Assembly: GCA_951406725.2 (NCBI GenBank)
Contig: OX597821.1
Coordinates: forward strand, 6,014,001 to 6,078,000
Reading direction: 5' to 3'
Origin: Octopus vulgaris
Lineage: Eukaryota
Length of the DNA: 64,000 nt
The number at the start of each line of letters is the position of its first letter. Positions within the stretch are counted from its first letter, which is position 1. Position numbers and translations under genes: made by a program. This document shows, in pieces, positions 26,581 through 38,560 of this stretch. The notes below the pieces were generated by a model that worked only from the letters and a program-made list of their open reading frames with translations, was not told the origin of the DNA and made no database searches.

Positions 26581-27840
26581 TTGGGTCATCTCATAAATAA
26601 TGCAATTCTTTCATACTTCTTTAATCTTTCAAAAGTTTAGATTAAAAAAGTTCTTTTTTAATCTAAAATATACTCTCCTTTATTTTCTACAATGTTCTTC
26701 CATCTATCTGGTACACTTGCAAGGCCCTTTTTCCAAAATTCACTTCTTGTCTGTGATGCAAAATACTCCTCCAGTACTGTTCTGACCTAATCCACAGAAT
26801 TCATATTTTTTCCGTGCAAATGATTTGGAAGACTGCAGAATAAATGATAATCAGATGGCGGCAATGTCCAGCAAATATGGAGGAGCATCGTTTCCCATTC
26901 AAACTGCTCCAGCCTTTGGAATGTCATCCTCACTGTATGTGGTCAAGCATTATCCTGATGGAAGAACACCTTTCATTTTGAAACCAAAGACAGTCGTTTT
27001 TCTTGTAGTGCTGACTTAAGCTGCTCACAATAGATCTTTGTTATTGTTTGGTTTAGGTTTAAAAGTTCAAAGTCAACTAAAGCTTTCGTATCCCACCAAA
27101 CAGATAACAACATCCTACATGGGTGAAGACTTTCTTTAGCCTGGAGTGCTGGTGTTTTTCCTTTCCCTACCCACTGTCTTCGGCGCTTGACATTTTTATA
27201 GAGAACCCATTTCTCGTCACCAGTCACTATTCACTCCAAAAAAAGGGTCATGGTGAGATACAACAGCAAAGAAGAGCAAATGATTAGACTCAGAAAGTTT
27301 GAGATGAGCTCATTAACCCAATTTCCTAACTTTTTCAATGGCAAGCAGGTGTCGATGAATGGTTGAATGACCAAATCCAAGCTTCTTTCTTAGTTCCTCA
27401 ACAGTTATGATAGGATTTTGTTCCACCAGGGTTTGCAAGAAATCCTCATTAAGCTCTACAGATCTTGCAGGATGTGGCTTGTCTTCTAGGCAATAGTTTC
27501 TGGCTCGGAATTTCTGGAACCACCGTTGACTGGCTTACACTTATTGTCCAATCCCCATATACTGCATTAATATTCTTCACACTTTCTGTTGCATTATTAC
27601 TTTTATTGAACTCATAAAGCAAAATATACTGAATATGCTCCTTTGTCACTTCCATTATAGCTTTGAAAAAATAACTGTTACAATCGAACTGCACTCTTCA
27701 AAACTTGCACTAAGAATAAGGACAAGTTGAAATTACTACCTGCTTTTAAAGCAAGTTGATGCAGGTAATTTATCCCATCCCACTCAGACTTTTAGTTCAT
27801 TCAACTGAGAAAAAACACATTATTTTATGGGATGACCCAA
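26581..27840 (-). mobile_element. Near full-length, inactivated mariner transposon with both TIRs and TA TSD
   Basis: TA|TTGGGTCATCTCATAAATAATG...CATTATTTTATGGGATGACCCAA|TA. Transposase pieces MEVTKEHIQYILLYEFNKSNNATES... and IVTGDEKWVLYKNVKRRRQW...MLLSVWWD, with frameshifts. Confidence 0.92.
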
Positions 27841-28262
27841 TATTTATACACAGTAAAAAGAGGATAAATTGAAGCATGATGAAGATTAAGTTAATAATCC
27901 TTTCTACTGTAGGTACAAGAACTGGTATTTATTTAATTGGGCTCAAAATTTTGAAATGGCAAAATTGACTTTGGCAGCGTTTGAGCTCATAACGTAAAAC
28001 TGGAAGAAATGCCGCTAAGCATTTGATCCTTTTGTGCCAGCTAACCCACCTTAGATGAAGTTAATAACTCTTTCGACTATAGGCACAAGGTCTGAAAATT
28101 GGGGGAGACGGCTAGTCTATTACATCAACTCTAGAATGAAAGACAAAATTGTCCTTGGCTGAATTTGAACTCAGAACGTAAAGACAGATGTAATGTCCGG
28201 CGCGATAACGATTCTGCCAGCTTGCCGCCAAAAGATAAAGCTAGTAATACAAAACGCTGAAA

Positions 28263-28433
28263 GTCGTAAGAGTGGCTGTGTGGTAAGTAGCTTGCTAACC
28301 AACCACATGGTTCCGGGTTCAGTCCCACTGCGTGGCATCTTGGGCAAGTGTCTTCTGCTATAGCCCCGGGCTGACCAATGCCTTGTGAGTGGATTTGGTA
28401 GACGGAAACTGAAAGAAGCCTGTCGTATATATG

Positions 28434-28464
<31 letters not shown>

Positions 28465-28678
28465 TTGTGTGTCTGTGTTTGTCCCCCTAGCATTGCTTGA
28501 CAACCGATGCTGGTGTGTTTACGTCCCCGTCACTTAGCGGTTCGGCAAAAGAGACCGATAGAATAAGTACTGGGCTTACAAAGAATAAGTCCCGGGGTCG
28601 ATTTGATCGACTAAAGGCGGTGCTCCAGCATGTCCGCAGTCAAATGACTGAAACAAGTAAAAGAGTAAAACAGAGAGT
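28263..28678 (+). mobile_element. SINE family A full-length young copy
   Basis: Very close to the copies at 52808-53200 (+), 49897-50278 (-) and 38907-39185 (+, deleted). Confidence 0.9.
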
Positions 28679-29074
28679 AGATCTAATGCAAGTTAACTCC
28701 CTTAGACTAGTTATTACTTCCCTTGGATTAAAACCGTGGTTAATTATCTTTTCCCGACAATTTTCTTTAATGTAGTTTATGTATCCGTGTTGCCTTATCA
28801 AGTAAATACTACGAAATAAAAGCGGGAGTCGTTTAGTGAATATATAAAAATTCAGTAGAAAATATATGAAATAAGAGAGTAAAAACAGAAATTATAAATA
28901 TGTGTATTTAAGGTATTTAAGCGAGGGCAGAAACGTGGATGAAATCAGTAGTCTTAATAATAATAATGTATGGTTTATTGTTTACAGTGGTATTGTATGT
29001 ATATCGTTGATTTGTGATATGGATCCCTTGATAAGCCGCCTAAAAAAAATGCATTTGGTATAATTAACGGTATG

Positions 29075-29482
29075 GGATCTTTTCGGTTTGAACGGCAGTT
29101 TTTAGCATAATCTCTGGGTAACTAAAAAATTTTAAACTTCGTATACTGGTAGAATGTGTTTATAAAACATCTTTTTCTCTTGGCTTTATTGAGAAAATTC
29201 TATAGTTTGTAAGATATTTGTTGTTTTTTTTTTCTTCAATTTCTGCAATTTCAACCAATCAATGACCTCCATTGAGGTAAAAAAAACATTCTGTGCCGTA
29301 TGAATATGTCCCTCGTTTAAGAAACAGATTGGGTTTATTTACATTTGTGAAGAAAAAAAGATACCCTTCCCCTAACCCTGAAACACATTGAAATGCAATA
29401 GATCGATACTAGGGTCATAATTATGGGTGACAATTTCATATGACACCGCTAGAAATAACTGCCGTTCAAACCGAAAAGATCC
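29075..29482. mobile_element. Unclassified non-autonomous TIR element (26 bp perfect TIR GGATCTTTTCGGTTTGAACGGCAGTT)
   Basis: The TIR at 29075-29100 is the reverse complement of 29457-29482. No evident TSD. Confidence 0.85.
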
Positions 29483-30029
29483 GCAGGCGTGAGTTATTTT
29501 GTGATGAAACAAATAAAACATGTAAATACCTAAGATAAAATGTTATATAATGCGTTGTTGCATGTGATTAAACTAATAAAAGTGCTACTGCGTGTAAGTG
29601 GATGTGTTGCTACATAAATATATTTGGCCATATTTACATGTTTTGACACGCTACATGGATTCAACAAAAGTACATTCATTGAGGCCTTGCTTTGAAGCTG
29701 AATACCTTCTTTTTTTTTTTTTCAAATAAGGAGCCGCATCCTCCAAATGTCTTGAAAAGCGCTGAGTCAGTGGACAGCAAAATACCACAAACTTCCCCAA
29801 TTGTAGTTCAGTGTTTCTTCATGCAAAGCACACAGAAAGTAAATATTCAAACACATATATGAGAGGAGGGTGCTCCACAACTTTTTGCTGAATGACCCAC
29901 ACAAATAATTTGCTTACAGAGATCAAATATCTGTGCTGTGTATGATCTCATTCTTTCCATGAAATCGACAAATATATATGAGCCGAGAAAGCTCATATAT
30001 ACAAATATATAAGACATGTCTGACAAAGT

Positions 30030-30552
30030 GCCATAGTTCTGAGAGAGAAGTTAGGCATAAAGGGAATTAGTTGTTGTGTGCAAGAGAGGGGAGACTGCAC
30101 TGGTTTGGTCAAGTGATGCGGATGGATGTCGTCAGCTCCATAAAGAAGTGCCAGTCCCTGAAAGTGGGTGGAACATGTGGAAGTGGAAGACCCAAGAAGA
30201 CATGGGATGAAGTACTGAAGAACAAGCCCAGGAAGCTGGACCTTTTAGGTGAGATGACAAAGGACTGAGATAGCTGGCACCTGGTCCTGCTCAAGAAGAC
30301 CTATGCCCCACAGCAGAAATGTTAAGACCGATCCTGCTGTTGGTGTAAGGCACCCATGTGGCACCATGTAAAAGCACCCAGCACACTCTATAAAGTGGTT
30401 GGTGTTAGGAAGGGCATCCAGCCATAGAAACCAAGCCAAATCACACTGGGGTCAAGTGCAGCTCTCCAGTTTGCCAGTTCTGGTCAAACCATCGAACCCA
30501 TGCCAGCATGGACAATGGACGTTAAATAATGATGATGTTGATGATGATGATG
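30030..30552 (+). mobile_element. RTE-clade LINE 3' end
   Basis: ORF 30071-30268 RLHWFGQVMRMD...KVGGTCGSGRPKKTWDEV, followed by the 3' UTR (GTTAGGAAGGGCATCCAGCC) and (GAT)n tail. Confidence 0.85.
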
Positions 30553-30747
30553 AAGGGTCTATGTGGGAGCTAGACTTGATATACTGCCATACATTATATG
30601 ACATCACACAATCATACGTACATATGTATGAGCCAAAAATAAGAAGACAGTGATAAATATATAAGACAGGTGATGATGATGATGGTAGTGGTGATGGTTG
30701 TGGTGATGAAAGATAGAAGAAAGATGATAATGGTAAGAGATACTTAC

Positions 30748-30888
30748 TTGTTCAGTACAAAGTTAGATGCAAATAACATGAATAAGCTCCATTCGTTGCC
30801 TTGACAACTGTATCCGAGCTTTGCCAGTTCATATGCCAATCTTCCAAGACCAGCACCAGGAACCAGCACAAAAACAGTAGACGGGTCA
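30748..30888 (-). CDS. CARNMT1: CARNMT1 coding exon with SAM-binding motif (141 nt, phase 2 to 2)
   Basis: Acceptor tttttgcag|T GAC CCG, donor AAC AA|gtaagt. Translates [46 protein letters not shown]: class I methyltransferase motif I (VPGAGLGRL) plus GNEWS. Confidence 0.97.
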
Positions 30889-30914
30889 CTGCAAAAAAAT
30901 GGATTGTAAAAATT

Positions 30915-31725
30915 TGTCATTACCCAGTGTCATTACACATTGTCATTATACACTATCATTACACACTGTATCATTACACATTGTCATTACATTTATTATT
31001 ATACACTGTATCATTATGCACAATCATTACACTGTAATTACACATTGTCATTATCCAGGGTCATTACACATTGTATTATTGCACATCATCATACATTGTC
31101 ACTACTGTATTTCTACACATTGTGTCATTACGCAGGCATTATACTATGTTATTAAAAAGACACTAGTGTCACTACATACTGGATCATTACAAACTGTCAT
31201 TATACACCTGTCATTACATAGTCTTTACACACTATCATTTCACTGTCATTAAACAGTCATAATACTTTTGTTGTCACACACTGTCATTACACTGGATCAT
31301 TACACAATCACTACACTGTGTCATTACACACTGTCATTATACACCACCGTTATACACTGTCACTACACTACGGCTACACCTTGTGTCATTACACAGTCAT
31401 TACAAATTTTTATTACACTATTACACTTTGTTATTAGATTCGTTATTAAATTTAATTTGTTATTAAAAAGACACTACATTGTCACTATATACTGGGTCAT
31501 TACAAACTGTCGTCATACACCTGTCATTACATAGTCTTTACACATTGGCATTTCACTGAGTCAGCACGCTAGATTATTACACACTATCATTTCACTGTCA
31601 TTATACACAAATATCATACTTTGATACTTTTGTTGTTACACACTGGATCATTACACTCTCATTATACTCACCATTACACAATCACTACAAGTATCATTAC
31701 ACACTGACACCAAACTCTGTCACAC
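30915..31725 (+). repeat. Degenerate ~13 bp minisatellite (CATTACACACTGT)n next to the CARNMT1 141-nt exon acceptor
   Basis: Dozens of TCATTACACA.TG variants; a higher-order block AAAAAGACACT...CATAGTCTTTACAC appears twice. Confidence 0.85.
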
Positions 31726-31992
31726 TATGTTAATGATTATGTAGTGATTATAGTATTTTTTTTAATTAACACCATTCCAGTAATTAACATTTTCTGTCCC
31801 ATTTATTTCATAGTACAGCAAAAATAACAATTATAAATATCAAAATAAAATGAAAATAGCAGTAATAACATTCAGGAAATTCCAAACAAATAATGGTTTC
31901 AAATTTTGGCACAAGACCAGTAATCTTAAGAAAGTGGGTAAATTGATTGCCATGGCCTCAGTACATGACTGGTACTTTACTTTATCAACTTC

Positions 31993-32394
31993 GGCACACA
32001 AGAAAACCATCCGAACGTGGCCGTAGCCAGTACCGCATCGACTGGCCTCCGTGCTGTGGGTACGTAACAAACACCATCCGATCGTGGCCGTTTGCCAGCC
32101 TCATCTGGCACCTGTGTCGGTGGCACATAAAAACACCATCCGAGCGTGGCCGTTTGCCAGCCTCGTCTGGCACCTGTGGCGGTGGCACATAAAAAAAACA
32201 CCATCCGAGCGTGGCCGTCTGCCAGCCTCGTCTGGCACCTGTGTCGGTGGCACATAAAATCACCCACAACACTCTCGGAGTGGTTGGCGTTAGGAAGGGC
32301 ATCCAGCTGTAGAAACACTGCCAGATCTGACTGGACTGGTGCAGCTTTCGGGCTCCCCAGACCCCAGTTGAACCGTCCAACCCATGCTAGCATG
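31993..32394 (+). mobile_element. RTE-3'UTR-derived insertion with ~60 bp tandem units, flanked by a 26 bp perfect duplication
   Basis: GACTGGTACTTTACTTTATCAACTTC at 31967-31992 and 32395-32420. Confidence 0.85.
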
Positions 32395-32911
32395 GACTGG
32401 TACTTTACTTTATCAACTTCATAAGGATGCAACATAAAGTTAACCCTGGGAATATTTGAACCCAGAATGTAAAGAGCTGGAAAATTATTGCTAGAGAGTT
32501 AAACCAGTCGTATCCAGCCCAAATATTCTACTGGTTTATATTCAAACTGGCCAGATCCAGCCTTTCACGTCTACCCTATTATAATGCCATTCTAAAAAAA
32601 ATAAAATCAATCACATCATAAAAATCCCAATGTTGGATACCATTCTTGTTACTAAGATTATTTTTGAAAACTGCAATACACCTAGTTACCACTTGAGATG
32701 CACCAGTGCAGTGTGGCACATCATTTAAAAAAACCATCAAGTGCAGGGTATGATTGAGCACTTAAACCAGCCATAACCAGTCCAAATATTCTCCCCGTTT
32801 TATGTTCAAAGTGGCCAGATCCAGCCTCTCACACCTACCCTACAAAGTCCTTCTAAAAATAAATAATCACATCATAAAAATCTTAAAGCTACAAGATAAT
32901 CCAAAATTAAA

Positions 32912-33824
32912 ATGACTTTCAAAGAGGTCAAATTGTTGGTGGGTGCTCATATGGCAGGCGCTAGCATAATGAAAACAGCCGAAATGTTCAGTGTATCAAG
33001 AAGTACTGTCTCGAAAGTATTGACAGCCTTTGAGAAAGGGCAAAAAATTTCCTTGTCAAAACAAAACTCCAGAAGAAAACCAACACTTTTAGATAGGGAC
33101 AGTCGGACTCATATGTGAATTGTTAGAAGAGTTGCACAAAGCCGGATTTCACAGGAGGGCTGCAATCAGAAGACCACTACTTTCAAAAAGAAACATTGCA
33201 AAGCGTTTAGAGTGGAGTAAAAACCTACAGAATTGGTCCCAAGGAATGGAGCTGAATATACAAGTAGAGACAGCCAAAAGAAGCATTTGACCCAGACTGC
33301 TAAACATGGAGGAGGATCTGTGATGATCTGGGGCAGGGGGGGGGCTATATCTTGGAAATCCACCAGCCCAATGGTTTCACTTCAAGACTATTTAAGCATT
33401 TTATCTGATCAAATTCATCCTATGGTTGCGGAACTGTTTCTGCAGGGAAAGGCAGCCTTTCAGGATGATAATGCACCAATTCACACAGCTAAAATTGTTA
33501 CTGAATGGCATGAGGAACATTCTAGTGAAGCTGAATATCTTATCTGGCCACCACAGTCCCCAGATCTCAATATTATTGAAGATTTATGGTGCATTTTAGA
33601 AAAACGAGTAAGGAGTCGATATCCTCCACCATCATCACTACAAGAACTGGAGACAATTTTAGCTGAAAAATGGACAAAAATTCCTTTGGAAACAATTCAA
33701 ACTTTGTACGAGTCCATACCTCATAGAATTCAAGCTGTAAATACTGCCAAAGGCAGTCCTACCCCATATTAAAATAAATTTGTTTGAAATTTTAAGGTGT
33801 TCTCATTATTTTGTTCAACCCCTG
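32912..33824 (+). mobile_element. Tc1-family transposon remnant, second D to E spacing 36 (DD36E-like); 5' TIR and first catalytic D lost
   Basis: ORF 33233-33772: KHGGGSVMIWG...FQDDNAPIHTAK...WPPQSPDLNIIEDLW. N-terminal DFQRGQIVG...VSRSTVSKV; 3' TIR ...TTATTTTGTTCAACCCCTG|TA. Confidence 0.9.
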
Positions 33825-34550
33825 TATATATATGTGTGTGTGTGTGTGTATGTGTGCGTATGTGTGTGTGTCTGTTTGTCCTGTCCCCCACGACCACTGC
33901 TTGACAACTGGCATGTGGGTATTTACGTCCCCGTAACTTAGCAGTTTGGCAAAACAGACAAATAGGATAAGTACTGGGCTTTAAAAAAATAAGTCCTGTG
34001 GCCCAGTTGTGTGACTGAAATCCTTCACGGTGGTGCTCCAGCATGGCCGCAGTCAAATGACTGAAACGAATAAAAAATTAAAAATTACAACTAAATTGAG
34101 ATCTTGATAGTCGAGGGACACCAAGCCTTTCACATTGCAATGTTATCTTCGTTTGTGTGTGTGTCATTGTTTAACCCTGGGCAGATCAGTCCTAACCCAA
34201 CTGAGAAGACACCTAAATATCAAAAACAGGCGTTTCGGCCTATAGCAACTCATCTGTTTTGTATATCCAGGATTACATTGTTCAATGCGTCCTTCTTGCT
34301 GTTGTGTGGAATATAGGTCATCTCAAGCGGATACGAATAGGACTTTAGACTGCCTCACCACTTGTGCATGCATGTGTGTGTGTGGGTGGGTCTGTGTGTG
34401 AGCTTGTCTGTGCAGAATATGTGAGAAAGAATGATATATAACACAGGTGTGTATATAACACAGGTGTGTATGCATGTCTATGTACATAGAAACCAGATGT
34501 AAAATGATCGTATATATTTTGTGTGTGTGTGTGTGTGTGTGCATTAAAAC

Positions 34551-34960
34551 AGGCGTGGGAGTGGCTGTGTGGTAAGTAGCTTGCTTACCAGCCACATGGG
34601 TTCTGGGTTTAGTCCTAAAGCATGGCACCTTGGGCAAGTGTCTCCTACTATAGCCTCAGGCCGATCAAATCCTTGTGCGTCGATTTGGTTGACGGAAACT
34701 GAAATGAAGCCTGTCGTATATACGTATATGCATATATATATATGTGTGTGTTTGTGTGTCTGTGTTTGTCCTCCCAACATCGCTAGACAACCGATGCTGG
34801 TGTGTTTACATACCCATAACTTAGCGGTTCGGCAAAGGAGACCGATAGAACAAGTACTAGGTTCACAAAGAATAAGTCCTGGGGTCAATTTGCTCGACTA
34901 AAGGCGGTGCTCCAGCATGGCCGCAGTCAAATGACTGAAACAAGTAAAAGAGTAAAAGAG
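34551..34960 (+). mobile_element. SINE family A full-length copy
   Basis: Head-to-tail match. Confidence 0.9.
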
Positions 34961-36004
34961 TATGGTGTGTGTGTGTGTGTGTGCAGTATATATGAGAAAG
35001 AGTGATATAAAACACAGGGGTGTGTATACATGTCCAAGTGCATAGAAAACGGATGTAAACTGATAATATATATATATTATTTGTAAAAACTTTCCTTTGT
35101 CATGTTGTCGTCTTTTTGTGCTCATTACCTAATACGAGACATTTGTCAGTGACGTGTGTGTATATTTATACACATGGTGTATGTGTATGCATGTGGTGTG
35201 TGTGTATGCATGTGTGTATGAGTGTGTGTGTGTGCATATGGGGCAGGGAGCACATGCACGTGGTGTATGTATGGGGGAGAGTTGCAGGTAGGATGTGTGT
35301 GTGTGAATGGTGTGTATGAGGTGTGTCAGTGGGTTGAGAGAAGGTAAGAATAGAAAAAATGAAGGAAAAGAAACAAAAATTAAACAACTGAGCAAGGTAG
35401 AGAGAGAGGCAGAGAGAAGAGAGAGAGAAACAGAGAGAGTAACAGAAAGAGGAATGAAGGGATAGTGAGAAAGAAAGATAGATAGAAAGATAGAGAGTAG
35501 GGTTAAGAAAGAAAGGCAGGCAGAATAGAGAGAAAGAGAGAGTAAGGTAGAGACAGTGAGAAAGAAAGATGGGGTGATGAATAAAGTAGATAGAAAGATA
35601 GACAGTAAGGTTCCTGAGGGCACGTGGCCTAATGGTTAGGGTGTTGCCCTCAAGATCCTAATGTCATAGGTTCAATACCTGGACAAGGCAGTGCATTGTG
35701 TTTTTGAGCAAAAAAAAACACTTCATCACATGTTGCTCCATGATCTCGTCAACACCTGGTACAGGTAAATGTCGATTTGACAGAGGAGAGTGAACTCATG
35801 TAGGTACTGCACAGACATCTAATCACCATAAACAATTTAGGAAGGTACATGCAACATCACCATCATCATCCTCATCATTTAGCATCTGCTTTCTATGCTG
35901 GCATGGGTTAGACAGCTTGGCTGGAACTGGTAAACTGGAGAGCTGCACCAGGCTCAGTCTGATTCTGGATGCCCTCCCTAATGCCAACCACTCCAAGTGT
36001 GTAG

Positions 36005-36935
36005 TGGATGCCTTTTATGTGCCACCCACACAGGTGCTTTTTACATGTCACTGTCATGGATGCCTTTTGCATGTCACCATCACAGGTGCCCTTTATGCAT
36101 TCTCCCCTTCCTCCCCTCCTCGGAAATTTCCAGGAAGTAATTCCTCCCTCACCTGGGAACTTTCCAGGAATTCATCCTCTTCGGAACTCTGTGGGACATA
36201 ATTCCTCCCCCTCTTTGGAACTTTCCAGGAGGTAATCCCCCTCCTCTGAACTTTGCAGGAAGTAATTCCTCCCCTTCCTCCCCCTCTTCGGAACTTTCCA
36301 GTAATTCCTCCTTCCACGTATCCCCATTACAAGTGCCTTTTGTGTGTCACTGTCACAGGTGCCTTTTACATAACACTGCCTTTCATGTGTAACCATCACA
36401 GGTGTCTTCTATGCATCACTGTCAAAGGTGCCTTTTATGTGTCACAAGTGCCTTTTATGTGTCACAAGTGCCTTTTATGTGTCACAAGTGCCTTTTACGT
36501 GTCACAAGTGTCTTTTATGTGTCACATGTCATGAGTCACTTTGCATATCACTGTCACTGTCACTTTTACCTGTCACAAGTGCCTTTTACAAGTGCCTTTT
36601 ACGTGTCACAAGTGCCTTTTACGTGTCACAAGTGCCTTTTATGTGTCACAAGTGCCTTTTATGTGTCACAAGTGCCTTTTACGTGTCACCACCATAAGTG
36701 TCTTTGTGTGTCAATGTCATGAGTCCCTTTTGCATATCACTGTCACTGTCACTTTTACCTGTCACAAGTGCCTTTTACATGTCATGAGTGCCTTTAACGT
36801 ATCACCATCACAGATGCCTTTTATGTGTCACCATAAAGGGTTCCATTTACCTGTCACAAGTACCTTTTACATGTCACTGTTATGGGTGCCTTTTATGTGT
36901 AACCATAAAGAGTGCGTGTTACATGTCACCAGCAC
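36005..36935 (+). repeat. Minisatellite: ~20 bp (GTGCCTTTTATGTGTCACAA)n expanded from an RTE 3'-UTR motif, with an embedded ~33 bp TCCTCCCCTCTTCGGAACTTTCCAGGAAGTAAT array (~36105-36315)
   Basis: The unit is the reverse complement of the GGCAC(A/G)TAAAAGCAC motif of the minus-strand RTE tail that begins at about 35855. Confidence 0.85.
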
Positions 36936-37716
36936 TAACAACTATTTTTACCAGCAGTGCAGCAATGGGCAATGACCTGGTACGCATAAAAGCTGGACTC
37001 ATACAATTACAACCACCAATCTATTTTATTAAAATCACCACAAAGTTTTATCGTTACAACTGCTACTAAACCATTTCATTATACACTCACTACTGAGTTG
37101 GTCATTACAGAGACTTCCAAGACATTACAGTCAACAGTGAAACGCTTCGTGACATCCATAAATTATCTGTGTCATTATAACCACGACACATCCGCATACT
37201 ACAGCTACCAGGGAGTTATTTCATTGCAATCTATTTTGAATTATGTCTTTACGGCCAACACAGTCATCTCATTTCAACTACGTACATTGTCTCATCACAA
37301 TCAACACATATTTGTATCATATGAATAATACTAAGGTATTTCATTTCAGCCACAGTTGAACCATTCGATGACAGCCACTAATGAGGTTAATCATTACAAC
37401 TGCTTCTTAATTGTTTTAATACATCCAGCATTGAGATGAAATTTAGCTTTGGAACCAATGATTTGCACCATCGCAACTATGACTTCACTGCATTATTACA
37501 ACCACAACTAAGGCAAAGAAACTAGCAGAAATGTTAGCTTAGTGGCATTTCATCCACCTTTACGTTTTGAGTTCAAATTCTGCCAAGGTCGACTTTGCTT
37601 TTCATCCTTTCAGGGTCGATAAAATAAGTACCAGTGAAACACTGGAGATCGATGTAATCAACTCGTCCCCTCCCCCAAAATTGCTGTCCTTACTGCAAGA
37701 TTTGAAACCACGATGA

Positions 37717-37720
37717 TTAC

Positions 37721-37782
<62 letters not shown>

Positions 37783-37842
37783 TATTATTATTATAATTAT
37801 TATATTATTATTATTATAATTATTATTGTTATTATTATTATA

Positions 37843-37876
<34 letters not shown>

Positions 37877-37930
37877 TATTATTATTATTATATATTATTA
37901 CTATTATTGTTATTATTATTATTATTATTA

Positions 37931-37961
<31 letters not shown>

Positions 37962-38021
37962 AATTATTATTGTTATTATTATTATATTATTATTATTATC
38001 ATTATTATTATTATTATTATT
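37717..38021 (+). repeat. (ATT)n microsatellite ~300 bp between two SINE family B copies
   Basis: Direct inspection. Confidence 0.95.
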
Positions 38022-38202
38022 TGAAGGTGGTGAGCTGGCAGAATCCTTAGCACACTGGGTGAAATGCTTAGCGGTATTTCGCCTGTCTTTGCATTCTGAG
38101 TTCAAATTCTGCCAAGGTTGACTTTGCCTTTCATCCTTACAGGCCTTGTGCTTTGAATAGAAAAGATTACAGCTAAGGCAGTGAGCTAACAGAATCGTTA
38201 AC

Positions 38203-38560
38203 CCCTTGACAACGGTTGACGCAAATATGCGATCACACTTTTGCTTGCCTACCTGCGGTTAATGTAACTATATGATGTAGAGCTGCCCTACATCTATCAC
38301 AGACTTTTTAGCGGCTGACGTATGTTTACGTATGCTATCGTGTACATTATCTCTTGAGGTGCGCGCACTCGCCGTCCCATGCATTATCTTAGCTATTTTA
38401 GGTTACGTCCAAGTCATGATACTAGCAGTAGACTAATGACATGCGGATACTTGACATGCATAATACTGTGTTTTGAGTTGTACCACATGCAAGCTATCTT
38501 TTGAACTTGAGTAGAATAACTCGTGCATATCATATTATGATAAATAGCTTCACATAGTTC
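38203..38560 (+). mobile_element. Probable piggyBac-type left end
   Basis: TTAA|CCCCTTGACAACGG start, CpG-rich, subterminal TGACGCAAATATGCG / TGACGTATGTTTACG repeats. Right end not found. Confidence 0.45.

Noticed and set aside
31993-32270. CRISPR-like repeat array
   Set aside because: The units are tandem near-copies without unique spacers, belong to a retroposon 3' UTR and lie in a eukaryotic intron with no cas genes.
33233-33772. Functional or domesticated transposase gene
   Set aside because: The N-terminus is frameshifted and the first catalytic aspartate region is deleted.
36105-36935. Cys/His-rich ORFs suggesting zinc fingers, or a repeat-spacer array
   Set aside because: Translation of a 20-mer/33-mer minisatellite; no C2H2 spacing and no spacers.
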